A stretch of DNA of 64,000 nucleotides from an uncultured Holophaga sp. (GCA_963664825.1 OY761614.1:2624001-2688000); one strand, 5' to 3'. Positions 18,439-29,149 are shown, numbered from the stretch's first letter. Made by a program: numbers and translations. The notes: generated by a model not told the origin, from the letters alone.

Positions 18439-21159
18439 CTAAGCTCGGGCAATGGGAGGCATCGATCCTGGGAGTGCAGTTCCTGGCGCTAGGCCCAAAA
18501 CCCCCTGGATTGCATGAGCTAATTCGTGCAACGAATATGGTTTATTTAGCAATTTCACCGCAGGTATGGCCTTGATCCTACAGCTGGTCTCGGCGTCACA
18601 GTGACCCGAGGAAATCAACACCGGGAGTTCTGGGCGCAGCATCCGCAGGCGTACAAGCGTCTCAATACCATTCATTCCAGGCATATTCAGATCCAGGATG
18701 ACCAGATCCACAAGCATCCCGGCTTCCAGCCGCCTTAGGGCCTCCAGACCACTGGAAGCCACTTGGACCTGATGCCCAATCATTTCAAGAAGATCCACGG
18801 CTGATGCTCGGATCAGTTCATCGTCATCCACGATGAGGACCCTGGAGGCTTGGGACCGTTCACCCAGGGTTGGGGTCTGGGCGATTTGGGGAGTTTCTCT
18901 CTTCGCCAGGATGGGAAAACTCAAGGTGATGCAGGTCCCCTCGCCAGGCACACTTCTGATGTCCACCGTGCCGCCATGAGCCTTCACCGTCCCATAGACG
19001 ATAGATAGCCCGAGTCCCGTTCCCTTTCCAGCGGGTTTTGTGGTGAAGAAGGGTTCCATGGCCTTCTCTGCGATTTCACTGGGCATGCCTGCACCGGTAT
19101 CGGTCACAGCGAGTTCGACCAGTTCTTCCCCCCTCTGGCGCGTTTGGAACTTTAGCGAACCTCCCTTGGGCATGGCGTCACAGGCGTTTACGCACAGGTT
19201 CATGAGGACATTGGAGAGAGCGCTGGCTTCTCCCATGATTTCAGGAAGCGGCCTCTGAAGCTCGACCTTGATCTCAATTTTTTTGAAGGTCGTGTGTTTG
19301 AGGAGATCGGCCTCCTGTTCCACCAAGACGTTGAGATCAATGGGCACGGCGTCCTGGACATCCTTGCGGGAGAAATCAGTGAGGCCCTTCACAAGATCTC
19401 GCCCGCGAATCGCGGCTTGAGCGATGACATCGAGTTTGTGAACCTGCCTCTCGTCGAGGCTTGGATCGGCCTGTAATATGTTAGTCATAGCCAAAATGGC
19501 CGCGAGCACATTATTCATGTCATGAGAGACGCCCCCCGCCAAACGGCCCACACTTTCCAATCTTTGGAGATGATTTAGCTCCTGTTCGAGTTGATGTTCC
19601 TTCTCTCGGGCGGCTTTTATTTCTGTGACATCTCGGATGAGATCCACAAGAATGGGCTGCCCACCCAACTGGATGATTTCTGCCGAAAGTAGCGCCTGGC
19701 CGACCTCTCCAGAAGCCCTGCGAAAGGTGAGTTCAAAATTCCGGATTCGCCCCGTTGATGCGAGCCGGTCCATCGCGACCTGCCGCTGTTCAGGCTGGTC
19801 CCAGAGCCCCAGTTCTATGGTCGTTCTGCCCAATACCTGATTGAGTTCGAAACCCGCCAGGGTGAGAAAGGCCCCATTGGCTTCGATGATGACGGTGTCC
19901 TCAACGCGCACCAGGACGATGGGTATCGGCGAAGCGCGAAAGACCGCTGCAAACCGAGCTTCACTGATGCGCAGTTCGGCATCGGCCCGTCGGCGATCCG
20001 TGATATCGGTGTGGATGATCACCAAGCCCCTGCGGCTTCCCGTAAGGGCCGTGGCCGCAAGATGGAACCAGCGCTCCTGATCGGGAGCGGGGCAGGGGTA
20101 TTCGATTTCGAAACGGGGCAGGTCGCCCTTCAGGAGTGCCTGGAACCCTTCCAGACATGTTTTGGCCTCCGTCTCTGAATGGGCGTTGCGGAGGGTCTCG
20201 AAGTAATTCACACCGATACCCGAGGCAAGGGCTTCATCTGCCCCGTTGGCCTGTCCAAAATCCACCCAGGCCCGGTTCACATCGAGGATGCGCCCCTCTT
20301 CATCCAGCACCACGAGACCCGGCCCCATGCTGTCCATCACTGCCCGCAGAAGTGTCTCGGAATCATGGAGGGCTGTCTCTGCGTCCCGTCTCCGCTGAAT
20401 GTCCTCCACGATGCACACAAGATAATCCGGGTCCCCTTGGGGATTCCGCACGAGGGAAACCGAAAGGGAGATCCAGACTTCAGTGCCATTTTTTCGTATA
20501 TTCGGTTTCTCCTCCAGATAGGTCGATTTTTCGCCTTCTAGGAGCAGCCCAATCTTGGCCCGTGTTGAAGCGGCCCATTGAGGAGAACACAGGTCCTGGG
20601 TTCGAAGACACAGCAGCTCCTCTTGGGAGTAGCCCAAAATATCGCATAGGCGCTGATTGACTCGGAGGAAGCGCCCATCCAGGGCGACCTGGGCGATGCC
20701 GATAGCGGCTTGCTCAAAGGTCGCCTGGAAGCGAGCCTCCGAGGCGGCCAGGGCTTGCAAACCTTCGATACTGGCCTTGCGGGTGTGGGCTCCAAGCACG
20801 GCCTGTTGGATGGCAGCCACCAGGCGGCCTGGTCGGTCCTTGAGGATGAAATCCTGGACCCCTAATTTTAAGAGGGCCACGGCTTCTTCTTCCCCAACGC
20901 TCCCGGAGAAGAGGATGACGGGCAACTTGGGATCGTAGGCCTGGATCCGGTTGAGGGTTTCGCGGAAGGGCATTCCTGGTACGGAGTAATCCGATACGAT
21001 GACATCCCAGGGCCCATGTTGGAGTGCCGCATCAAGATCCCCCATGCGATCGATGCGCTGAGCTTCTGCGACGAGCCCTTCCTGTTTTAATAGGTGCAAA
21101 GTCAATAAGTAGTCTGCGGCAGAATCTTCCACGGAAAGCAGGCGAACAGGGGGACGCAT
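18439..21159 (-). CDS. Hybrid sensor kinase REC-PAS x3-HisKA-HATPase-REC
   Basis: GRLAGGVSHDMNNVL H-box, NLCVNACDAM, DTGAG, PFFTTKPAGKGTGLGL; REC domains at both ends. Confidence 0.93.
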   Translation of the reverse strand: MRPPVRLLSVEDSAADYLLTLHLLKQEGLVAEAQRIDRMGDLDAALQHGPWDVIVSDYSVPGMPFRETLNRIQAYDPKLPVILFSGSVGEEEAVALLKLGVQDFILKDRPGRLVAAIQQAVLGAHTRKASIEGLQALAASEARFQATFEQAAIGIAQVALDGRFLRVNQRLCDILGYSQEELLCLRTQDLCSPQWAASTRAKIGLLLEGEKSTYLEEKPNIRKNGTEVWISLSVSLVRNPQGDPDYLVCIVEDIQRRRDAETALHDSETLLRAVMDSMGPGLVVLDEEGRILDVNRAWVDFGQANGADEALASGIGVNYFETLRNAHSETEAKTCLEGFQALLKGDLPRFEIEYPCPAPDQERWFHLAATALTGSRRGLVIIHTDITDRRRADAELRISEARFAAVFRASPIPIVLVRVEDTVIIEANGAFLTLAGFELNQVLGRTTIELGLWDQPEQRQVAMDRLASTGRIRNFELTFRRASGEVGQALLSAEIIQLGGQPILVDLIRDVTEIKAAREKEHQLEQELNHLQRLESVGRLAGGVSHDMNNVLAAILAMTNILQADPSLDERQVHKLDVIAQAAIRGRDLVKGLTDFSRKDVQDAVPIDLNVLVEQEADLLKHTTFKKIEIKVELQRPLPEIMGEASALSNVLMNLCVNACDAMPKGGSLKFQTRQRGEELVELAVTDTGAGMPSEIAEKAMEPFFTTKPAGKGTGLGLSIVYGTVKAHGGTVDIRSVPGEGTCITLSFPILAKRETPQIAQTPTLGERSQASRVLIVDDDELIRASAVDLLEMIGHQVQVASSGLEALRRLEAGMLVDLVILDLNMPGMNGIETLVRLRMLRPELPVLISSGHCDAETSCRIKAIPAVKLLNKPYSLHELAHAIQGVLGLAPGTALPGSMPPIARA

Positions 21160-21162
21160 CGT

Positions 21163-21588
21163 TCACTCCGCACTGGGGGCAACGGGTTCGTTGATGATGG
21201 CCCAGTAGAATCCAACCCTTGCAACGGTGTCGGCGAATTCGGAAAAATCCACGGGTTTTCGCACAAAACTATTGGCTCCATGTTTGTAGCTATTTATACG
21301 GTCCTGTTCCTCGTCCGAGGACGTCAAAATCGCCACCGGCAGCAATTTGGTCCTGGGCTCTTCTCGCAGGCGTGCGAGGACTTCCAACCCTCCGATCCGA
21401 GGCAGGCCGAGGTCGAGCATGACAACCACCGGCAGCTCCTGCTTGGGATCAAGCAGGAGATCCAGGGCCTGCTGACCATCCCGGACCACGAGAATGGGAT
21501 TGGCAATATTCGCCTTCCGGAGGGCTCGGAGCGTAAGCATTTCATCCTGGATATTGTCCTCCACCAGGAGGATGGACTTGAGGGTCAT
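21163..21588 (-). CDS. Single-domain response regulator (Rcp1-like)
   Basis: LLVEDN, LDLGLP, LTSSDEEQD, GANSFVRKP. Confidence 0.93.
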   Translation of the reverse strand: MTLKSILLVEDNIQDEMLTLRALRKANIANPILVVRDGQQALDLLLDPKQELPVVVMLDLGLPRIGGLEVLARLREEPRTKLLPVAILTSSDEEQDRINSYKHGANSFVRKPVDFSEFADTVARVGFYWAIINEPVAPSAE

Positions 21589-24548
21589 GGCTGGGACTCC
21601 GCGGGGCTGGGAAGGGTGAATTCGAAACGGGCGCCTTGATTGGGATGAGCCTCGGCCTGGATGCTTCCACCATGCCTGTGGATGATGCGCTGGACCGTCG
21701 CTAAACCAATGCCAATCCCGGGGAACTCATCCTGGCGGTGAAGGCGCTGAAAGGGTTGGAAGAGCTTGGTGGCGTGAGCCATATCGAACCCTGCGCCATT
21801 GTCCTCAACGACAAACCTTGCCTCTCCCCTCCGGAACCCGATGATGGCGGGATGACGGCCCTCGGTGTATTTCCAGGCGTTCCCGATCAGATTGCGCATC
21901 ATGGCTTCGATCAGCCGCGGATCGCCCCAGGCCTGCAAGTTGGATGCGATTTTCCAGACCACCTCGCGCCTGGGCTCCGAGGCCTCCAGATCCGTCCGAA
22001 TCCGCTCGACGAGGTCTGAAAGGTCCACCCAGCCTCGGTGCAGCTCGCCCCGGGTCACGCGACTCAATTGGAGGATGCCATCGATCAGGTCGGACATGCG
22101 ATTGCTGGCCAGCACGATCTGGTTGAGAAAGTTCTTTTCCGTGTTCTCAAGCTTGGGACTCAGATCCTCCATCAAGGCGAGGCTGAATCCGTTCATCGCG
22201 CGCAGGGGAGCCCTAAGGTCATGGGACACCGCATAAGCAAAGCTCTCGAGTTCGGTGTTGGCGGCTTGGAGTTCGGCGGTTCGCTCTTGAATGCGTTGCT
22301 CGAGGTGGGTGTTCAACTGCTGAATTTCATCTTCCATTCGTTTGGCTTCGGTGATATCTCGTCCCACGACAACAGCTCCCATAATCTCGCCGGAATCGTC
22401 CCGAATGGGCGCAAAGCTGTAACTTGCGACCCAAGACTCGCCGGTATCGCGTCTTCGAAGTTCATATACGGCATTGGAGGCCTTTTCGCCACGCAAGGCC
22501 CGCGGTACGGCCCATTGGGAAATGGGTGTGACTTGACCATCGGGGTAAAACATTTCCAGGCATGTTTGGTACCCGTTAAAGTTTTTTGCGCAGTCCTCTT
22601 TGCTCTCAAATTTGTGGAAAGTGGAAAAGGCCTCGTTGAATTCGATGGCGTTACCTTTCATATCTGAAATAAGCACAGCATCTTGCATGTTTTCCAGGGC
22701 TGCTTCGAGTTTTGCCCTGCTATCCCGAATAGCCGCTTCCGCTAAACGACGTTCAGTGATGTCATACACGATGGTGCATAGCAGTACACGGCTTTGCACC
22801 GGGATGGGTCCGCTGAAAACCTCCACATCGCGAATGCTCCCATCGGCTCGTCGGTGTTGGAAGAAGAAGTGTCGTTGACTTCCTCGATCGGAACACTGCA
22901 TGGCTTCATGGATCTTATCCGCTGGGAGCGTATTGATCTGAGCGATGTTCATTCGCCGAAGCTCATCAGCATCCCAGCCATAGAAATTGATGGCAGCTGG
23001 ATTGGCATCGACAATTGAACCCGTATCTTGGTCTATAATTAGTATTACACTGTAATTGTTATAGAAAAGGCTGCGATAGCGTTCCTCACTCTCGCGGAGT
23101 GCTTCTTCAGCCTGGATTCGCTGGGTGATGTCTTCGGAGAAGATGACGATTCCCGCAACTTGGCCGTCGAGGTCATGCCAGGGGCGGACTTCCCAGCGCA
23201 GCCACTGGACGGTGCCATCGAGGCGCTCAAACCGATCTCGCTCCTTCCGGATGACTTCGCCGCGCAGGCCTCGCTGATGGACCTCACGCCAGAAGGCTGG
23301 AATTTCAGGGAAGATCTCGTAGTGTGAATGTGCCAAGATCTCCCGCTCACCCAGGCCGTAGTCCTCGCGCCATTGGCGGCTGGCAGCGAGGTAGCGCACG
23401 TCCGTGTCGAACATCGCCAGCGACATGGGCGCATGCTCGATGAGGAGCCGCATCCTGGATTCGCCATCCCGCAGGGCGAAATCGATCTGCTTGCGGTCTG
23501 TGATGTCCTGCATCATGCCCCGCAGTGCACAGATCTCCCCATTGGCGTCACGCATGGCTTCACCGCGCGCTTCCGCCCAACCCGTGCCTCCATCTGCGCG
23601 AATGACACGGGTCTCCACGGAATAGGGGACTCCATCCTGGAGAGTTTGTTGAACCGCAGCTGAGAGCCGCACCCAACTCTCCGGCATAAAGTACCCTTCA
23701 ACTTCCTGGAAGTTTAAGGGTTTGCCGGACGGATCCAGGCCGAACATGTGAAACATCTCTCGGGACCAGACCGGGATATCTTGTTTGAAATCCCAGGCCC
23801 AACTGCCAATATGCCCCAGCTGCTGAATGTCTTCCAATAATTCGAGACTCTCGCGCAAGGATTGTTCGGTGGCTTTCCTGGCTCGGATATCTTCGGTCAC
23901 CGCGATAAAGAAACTCGGCCTGCCATTGGGTTTGCGCTGAAGGGCTTCGGTGATCTGCACCCAGCAGGCACTTCCGTCCTTGCAAAGGATTCTCTTGTCC
24001 CTTGTGAAGGTCTGGTTTTCCCCACTGCGCAGGCCTGCTTCGGCCAAGAGGTCCTGCTCCACATCTTCGGGGTGCGTGAGCTCCGATGCTTTGCGTCCGA
24101 TCAATTCGTGAGCGGCATATCCGGTGATATCACACAATCGCTGGTTCACCTCTTCCCAGTAGCCATCAGGTGAGACGAGGGCCATGCCAACAGCTGCTTG
24201 ATTAAATGCGGCATGGAACCTGGAATTAGACCCTTCTAAGGCTCGGTGCAATTGTGCATGAGTTCGACTGAACAAGAAGCCCACGAGGATGAAGAGGGCC
24301 AGCGACCAAAGACTGGAGATGCCCTTCTGAGCCCACTGCATACTCGGCGGAATAAAGAAATACCAGACAATCCAGGCGCTCTGGACCGTGCCCAGCAGGC
24401 CTCCCCAAAGGCCCCCCAAGTGGCCGCAAAAAAAGACTGTCGGATAGAACAAAAACCATACATATGGATGAATCCAGGGCCAGAGCTGCCATTGCAAGGC
24501 CAGTGCAAGCCAGGGCAATAATGCGATCAATACGCGGTGTTTTCGCAT
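21585..24548 (-). CDS. Membrane multi-PAS sensor histidine kinase (DUF4118-like N-terminal TM region)
   Basis: N-terminal TMs, multiple PAS/PAC, AVSHDLRAPL, NLIGNAWKY, DNGAG, GIGIGL. Confidence 0.93.
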   Translation of the reverse strand: MRKHRVLIALLPWLALALQWQLWPWIHPYVWFLFYPTVFFCGHLGGLWGGLLGTVQSAWIVWYFFIPPSMQWAQKGISSLWSLALFILVGFLFSRTHAQLHRALEGSNSRFHAAFNQAAVGMALVSPDGYWEEVNQRLCDITGYAAHELIGRKASELTHPEDVEQDLLAEAGLRSGENQTFTRDKRILCKDGSACWVQITEALQRKPNGRPSFFIAVTEDIRARKATEQSLRESLELLEDIQQLGHIGSWAWDFKQDIPVWSREMFHMFGLDPSGKPLNFQEVEGYFMPESWVRLSAAVQQTLQDGVPYSVETRVIRADGGTGWAEARGEAMRDANGEICALRGMMQDITDRKQIDFALRDGESRMRLLIEHAPMSLAMFDTDVRYLAASRQWREDYGLGEREILAHSHYEIFPEIPAFWREVHQRGLRGEVIRKERDRFERLDGTVQWLRWEVRPWHDLDGQVAGIVIFSEDITQRIQAEEALRESEERYRSLFYNNYSVILIIDQDTGSIVDANPAAINFYGWDADELRRMNIAQINTLPADKIHEAMQCSDRGSQRHFFFQHRRADGSIRDVEVFSGPIPVQSRVLLCTIVYDITERRLAEAAIRDSRAKLEAALENMQDAVLISDMKGNAIEFNEAFSTFHKFESKEDCAKNFNGYQTCLEMFYPDGQVTPISQWAVPRALRGEKASNAVYELRRRDTGESWVASYSFAPIRDDSGEIMGAVVVGRDITEAKRMEDEIQQLNTHLEQRIQERTAELQAANTELESFAYAVSHDLRAPLRAMNGFSLALMEDLSPKLENTEKNFLNQIVLASNRMSDLIDGILQLSRVTRGELHRGWVDLSDLVERIRTDLEASEPRREVVWKIASNLQAWGDPRLIEAMMRNLIGNAWKYTEGRHPAIIGFRRGEARFVVEDNGAGFDMAHATKLFQPFQRLHRQDEFPGIGIGLATVQRIIHRHGGSIQAEAHPNQGARFEFTLPSPAESQP

Positions 24549-24661
24549 TTTTTATTTATTAATCCCGGGATTGTATTTATATTAATACTGGTCTTGCTAT
24601 CCGTTTCCTTACGTATCGGACATATTTAGGCCCAGCATGAAAATTCACTCGCGAATCGTCT

Positions 24662-24932
24662 GATAGAGTCCCATCAAGTAGTGTAAGAGCGATGGCCACA
24701 TAGGTTGGCCACCGGGTCCGTAAGGTGAGTTTGCCGCTTACCGAACGGAGGGACCGATGGCCATGGATAGGGTGTCGGGGCTAGAAGCCCTGAGCAAGGT
24801 GTTGGAGGAAGGGAACAGTGATTTCCTGCGGCGGGTGCTGCTGATGGGGCTGCAGGCGGTGATGGAGTCCGACGTGGCCGGGCTTTGCCAATCGGGTCCA
24901 GGCGAGCGGACACCCTCACGGGAAAATCACCG
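24662..24932 (+). pseudogene. IS256-family 5' fragment
   Basis: GATAGAGTCCCATCAAG end and N-terminus similar to 44651-44925. Confidence 0.8.
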
Positions 24933-25236
24933 GGCTTCCAGCCATTCCGCACAGGTGGCCACCATCGCGGCTTCTTCCACCAGACGGTCGGAAACTTGCT
25001 CATCTGTTCCTGGCGTGGGGTGGCCCTAGCCAAAACCTCATCGTAGGGGTGGAGGGCCGCTGCGAAGGCACCGAAGTCCATCGGTCGCGGCCCATCTGAA
25101 GGCCCCGCTCTGAAGGTTTTTGGCTTTCAGGGCGGAGTACCACCTGAGCTTCAACTTCTGAGCATTTTCCGGGCAGGCTCACGCCTGCCCGATCCATGTC
25201 GGGCCAGTAGGACCCTTTACAGATTCAGGCGGCCAT

Positions 25237-25680
25237 TCACCGCTGCACACTGCGCTCCGAAAGGTGAAAACCAAGGCGAAGCAACTCCCCGTGGATTCTC
25301 GGCGCCCCCCAGAGAGGGTTCTCGCGCGCCATGCGGCGAATCAGAACCCGAAGATTCCCGGAGATGGCGGGCCGACCTACCTTGCGTGTCTTCCTGGACT
25401 TCCAGCGCCAGAAGAGACGGAAGCCTGCTCGATGCCAATAGATGACGGTGGCGGGCTTCACCACCATGCAGACCTCCTGCCATCGGGGCCAGATCCGGCT
25501 CAGCATGGCCCAGAACACCCGATCACGGGCTTGGAGGCGGACCTTCCTGGTGCGGCGGAGCAGGACGGCGTTCTGCTGACGAAGGGCCAGATTCTCCTGG
25601 ATCAAGTCCTTGACCCATCCTGTCTCCTTTCCTGGGCAGGGAAGCAGCCATAGCACCATCAATCGAACAAACCATTTCAT
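25237..25680 (-). pseudogene. N-terminal fragment of rve-type transposase
   Basis: ENLALRQQ, VKPATVIYWHR, ENPLWGAPRIHGEL; DNA shared with 44560-44650 and 46109-46289. Confidence 0.8.
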
Positions 25681-25790
25681 GAGGACATCATGTCATGGCT
25701 GGCTGAGTCGACGTTGTGGGCAATACCCCGAGTGGCCTTACCCTAAAATCCTGAACCACCTAAAAAGTTAGGGTTTCACTGCGGGCTCCT

Positions 25791-26048
25791 TCATTCTGGG
25801 ACAGTCAGCCCACCCGCAATAAGCTCTTCCAGGCTCTTTCGCTCAACAAGCAGCCTCCGCCCGCCGTTGGGTCCGGGACGCTGCCAGATGGCCACCCTAG
25901 GCGCCTTGCGATCACAGTAGGCGGCCCGGAAGGAATCCGGTTCCATGCCCATGGCGCGGGCGGCGGCCTTCACGGGGATCCAGTTTCCTTCGGAGATTAG
26001 CTCTAGGAGATTGGCTGAATCACTGGGCAGACAGGGTCCCTGGCTCAC
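25791..26048 (-). CDS. Small HTH (excisionase-like) phage protein, copy B
   Basis: Near-identical to 16149-16406; GTGA overlap with upstream ORF. Confidence 0.6.
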   Translation of the reverse strand: MSQGPCLPSDSANLLELISEGNWIPVKAAARAMGMEPDSFRAAYCDRKAPRVAIWQRPGPNGGRRLLVERKSLEELIAGGLTVPE

Positions 26049-27232
26049 TGTTCGTTCCTGGTGAACGGCTGCCCTAGCGCGTTAGCGACGGCCAGGGCGA
26101 AGGCGGAGTCATTGATGAGGAGGTCGTTAACCCGGCTGACTTCCTCCAGGTCGCGGTCCTCCGGGTTGGCGTACAGGGGATCATCCCAGATGACGAAAAC
26201 GTCCAGCGTGTGGCCATCAATAGACCAGCACTGGTAGGGAAGGCTGGGCTTGCGACGCACATAGGGGCCCTTGTCGGTGAGGGCTTTCCGAGTGCCCATG
26301 CGAAGCCCCATGAGGACGGCGGGATCCAGCTCCTGCAGGCGGCGCCGAACGGTCGCCTCGGAAATGGTGTATCCCTTCTGCTGGAGCACGTCGGCGGCGC
26401 CGATGTAGCTGCCCGTGTGGGCGAAGGCGCCACGGATTTCGTCATCCAGGCCCGGGGTTTGATCCGTGCGTCGGGGGCGGCCACAGGCGGAGTGGTGAGG
26501 CTTGAGGGCGTCGCCCGTGGGGTCCTGGGCATACAGCCCCCACCAGCGGCGCAGCGTGTTATCGCTGGGCGCGGATTTGAGGACCTTGAGGATGGCCTGA
26601 CCTTCGGAGGAGGTCCGCAGCCACTGCTGGGCCTCATCCAGGACATAGGAGGGGACTCCGCCCCGAACGGAGCGGCGTTCCCACGGATTCAGGCTGGCCA
26701 ACCTCGGGCGGACAGCCAGATCCAGGAAGCTCAGCCGCGCCTGCTGGATGGCCTGCGCCCGCTGGAGGGCGTCGGGATTGGCCCGGAGTACTACCTGCTG
26801 AGGATCGCGCTTGATCGGCGCGGGGCGGGTGGCCACGGGGCAGGGCTGGATCGAGGCCTGCTGACGCTCCCAGGCTGCGCGGGCGCCGGGATAGAGCGCG
26901 ATAAGGGCCTCCAGATGGATGGAATATTCAGTTCGCCCTTTGTTGGGGCCACTTTGGGTAATGTGAGGGGCTGCGTGCAGGCGCTCGCTCTGAATCGCCT
27001 TCAGGATGGCTTGCCTGGATTTCCCGGTTAGCTCGGCCGCTTCCGTAATCGTGAGCGCGACAACCTGTTCGGAATCTGTCGTTGTGAGCGCATCGCCCAT
27101 AACGCCATCAGAATCTATACTTTTCGAAGGATTTTGGGTCGCGACAACCGGTTGTCGCGTTGTGGCGGGGAGCGTGACAACCGTGACAACTTTGGGTTGT
27201 CGCGAGGGGATATGTTGAGGTGAGATCTGCAT
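26045..27232 (-). pseudogene. MuA-like DDE transposase, truncated after first catalytic Asp (unit 1)
   Basis: N-terminal HTH (ITEAAELTGKSRQAI), PSDNTLRRW, SEATVRRRL, PYQCWSIDGHTLDV then unrelated tail; follows ner. Confidence 0.8.
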
Positions 27233-27240
27233 AATCGCTT

Positions 27241-27573
27241 CTACGCGATTTCTTTCCGGAGCCGCCCCCAGATGCGGTCAGCTTCGAGCCCTAAGGTTTC
27301 TGCCAGGACGTCTTCCACCACCACGTCACGACAGTCCCGGTTGATAACCTGATGGAAGTAAGGGTCCGTGTACCCGTGCGTCTCGGCTAGCACACGGACA
27401 TTGACACCTTTGAGCTTCAGGAGGGCTCGGACGGCTTCCGGTTTCAGGCTGCCATCCAGATTGATGCCATTCGACATGAGATGTTGAACATCCGAAGCCG
27501 TGGCTAGGATGGCTTGGGTGCTTGGAGGCAGGCCATAGGCCGCCCTCTTGCGCGGGGCTTTTTCGGGTAGCAT
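27241..27573 (-). CDS. ner: Ner/Nlp-like transcriptional regulator (unit 1)
   Basis: PEAVRALLKLKGVNVRVLA...VEDVLAETLGLEADRIW; divergent from repressor as in Mu c/ner. Confidence 0.75.
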   Translation of the reverse strand: MLPEKAPRKRAAYGLPPSTQAILATASDVQHLMSNGINLDGSLKPEAVRALLKLKGVNVRVLAETHGYTDPYFHQVINRDCRDVVVEDVLAETLGLEADRIWGRLRKEIA

Positions 27574-27660
27574 TCAAGTCTCCGATTACTTAGTTCACGA
27601 AGTGTGAACAGGAGAACAGTAAGTCTCGATAGGAAACACGTCAAGAGGTTGTTGCGCATC

Positions 27661-28398
27661 GTGAGCAAAGCTGAAATTCAGACTCCAGGCAAAAGGGTTA
27701 GACGCGCAAGGACCGCGCTGGGTAAAACTCTGGAATCTTTTGGCGCGCCAATGGAACGTTCACGTGCTGCGATTTCACGATGGGAGACGGACCAGATAAG
27801 CCTCACTGCTCTCGAAGCGGGAGCCATGGAGCACTTCCACGGCATCTCGGCCGCTTGGATCCTGAGGGGTGAAGAACCGATATGGGTTCCAGCAACCCTA
27901 GCTCCGCTAGATGATGCCGAGACCGAATATCGCCCAGTAATCCCTGGAGCCGCCTCTTGTGGGCCTGGTGGCGAAATTGCAGATCCAGGACCTTCGGCTT
28001 ACCGCCTTCCCTTCCGCAAAGACTTCCTCCAGGAGCTACTCCGCGAATGTGGAGGGGGCACCGCAGCGGATTGCTACGTTGTGGAATGCACAGGTGAGTC
28101 CATGCGTCCAACGCTCCACCCAGGAGACTTGGTGCTGATAAACACCGCGTTGGAACTGCGCGTGGAACCAGAACGGGACGCGCTCTATCTGGTACGCACA
28201 GACCCGACCAGCGTAGATGCCCGAATTAAGCGTGTCCACGTTAAGGATGATCGAATTTGTTTCGCCTCAGACGCCTCTGGATTCAAGACAATCGCGATCA
28301 ATGTGGATGGTATCCCGATCCAGCGCCTCATCCTCGGCCGCGTCTGTTGGATCGCCCGCAGTGTGGTGAAGGACGAGCGCCCAGAGCGGAACTGGTAG
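27661..28398 (+). CDS. Phage repressor, XRE HTH plus S24 peptidase (unit 1)
   Basis: SRAAISRWE HTH, WILRGE, GESMRPT Ser and IKRV Lys catalytic motifs; start uncertain. Confidence 0.9.
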   Translation: MSKAEIQTPGKRVRRARTALGKTLESFGAPMERSRAAISRWETDQISLTALEAGAMEHFHGISAAWILRGEEPIWVPATLAPLDDAETEYRPVIPGAASCGPGGEIADPGPSAYRLPFRKDFLQELLRECGGGTAADCYVVECTGESMRPTLHPGDLVLINTALELRVEPERDALYLVRTDPTSVDARIKRVHVKDDRICFASDASGFKTIAINVDGIPIQRLILGRVCWIARSVVKDERPERNW

Positions 28399-28417
28399 GC
28401 GACTCGTTCCAACCATA

Positions 28418-28629
28418 TTGACGGATTTAGAAGCCTCGCGCAGGATCCGAAGCTTACCCGCAGGATTCGTGCACCCTTTTTGACGGATTTCCGCTTCGTT
28501 ACGCGTCATCCGTCCCAAACTTATTGACGGATTTTCAGGTCTCTAGATCACCCACAAAGCCCCGCCCTTGTTGGCTTTTAGGCCATGTGCCCGAATCGGT
28601 CGTCATGCGAATTATTTCGACGGATCACA
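28418..28629. repeat. Repeated TTGACGGATTT end motifs (unit 1 repressor-side end)
   Basis: Copies at 28418, 28480, 28524 and terminal TCGACGGATCACA 28617-28629; same array at ~53747-53958. Confidence 0.75.
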
Positions 28630-28859
28630 GCGGGATTCCCCGGTGGGCCGCACGACTGGCTGCGCCCGTGTAGCGCGGCAAAATGAATCATCGGGAATCC
28701 GTCAGAATGATTGGTAGCTTTCAATCATTCTGACGGGTTTGGCCTATCGGTCTCAGCTCTCGCGACGGAAGCGGAGTCTATTGTTGAAAAGCCTCTGAAG
28801 GGCTGAACCCTGAAGGCCTCGCTGAGTGCAACATTCTTGGGGCATCCACGGGCGATCAT

Positions 28860-29100
28860 GATGCGCTCTTGGCCTTCTCCTGTTTCAAAAGGAGTTCCAC
28901 CTTCGTTTCTGCGATCCAAAGTATGGCCGTGTGGACCTCACAATACAGCCGCGCATCAGTCAGATGCTGGATGGCTTTGGGCTGCACGGTCGTGTCCACG
29001 ATGACCTTCTCGAGACTGCGCTCCGTGATTGTCTTCGTGGTCTTGCCCGCCTCGATGGTGATCTGGAGCAACTTCTCCACACCCTTCTCGTCGATCCGCT
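28860..29100 (-). pseudogene. IS5-family transposase fragment
   Basis: RQRIDEKGVEKLL...VIVDTTVQPKAI...TDARLY. Confidence 0.75.
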
Positions 29101-29149
29101 GCCGTGTTATCGGGCAGGGGTGGATCGGCAGTGCGTGGCGGGAGAATAC

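Larger units (their letters stand above)
13009..28629 (-). mobile_element. Mu-like defective element, unit 1
   Basis: Left end 13009-13080 matches 28669-28740; right end 28395-28629 matches 53724-53958; repressor, ner, truncated transposase. Confidence 0.8.

Noticed and set aside
28418..28740. Spaced short repeats considered as a CRISPR mini-array
   Set aside because: Repeats are only ~11 bp and irregularly spaced, and no cas genes are present; better explained as transposase-binding sites.
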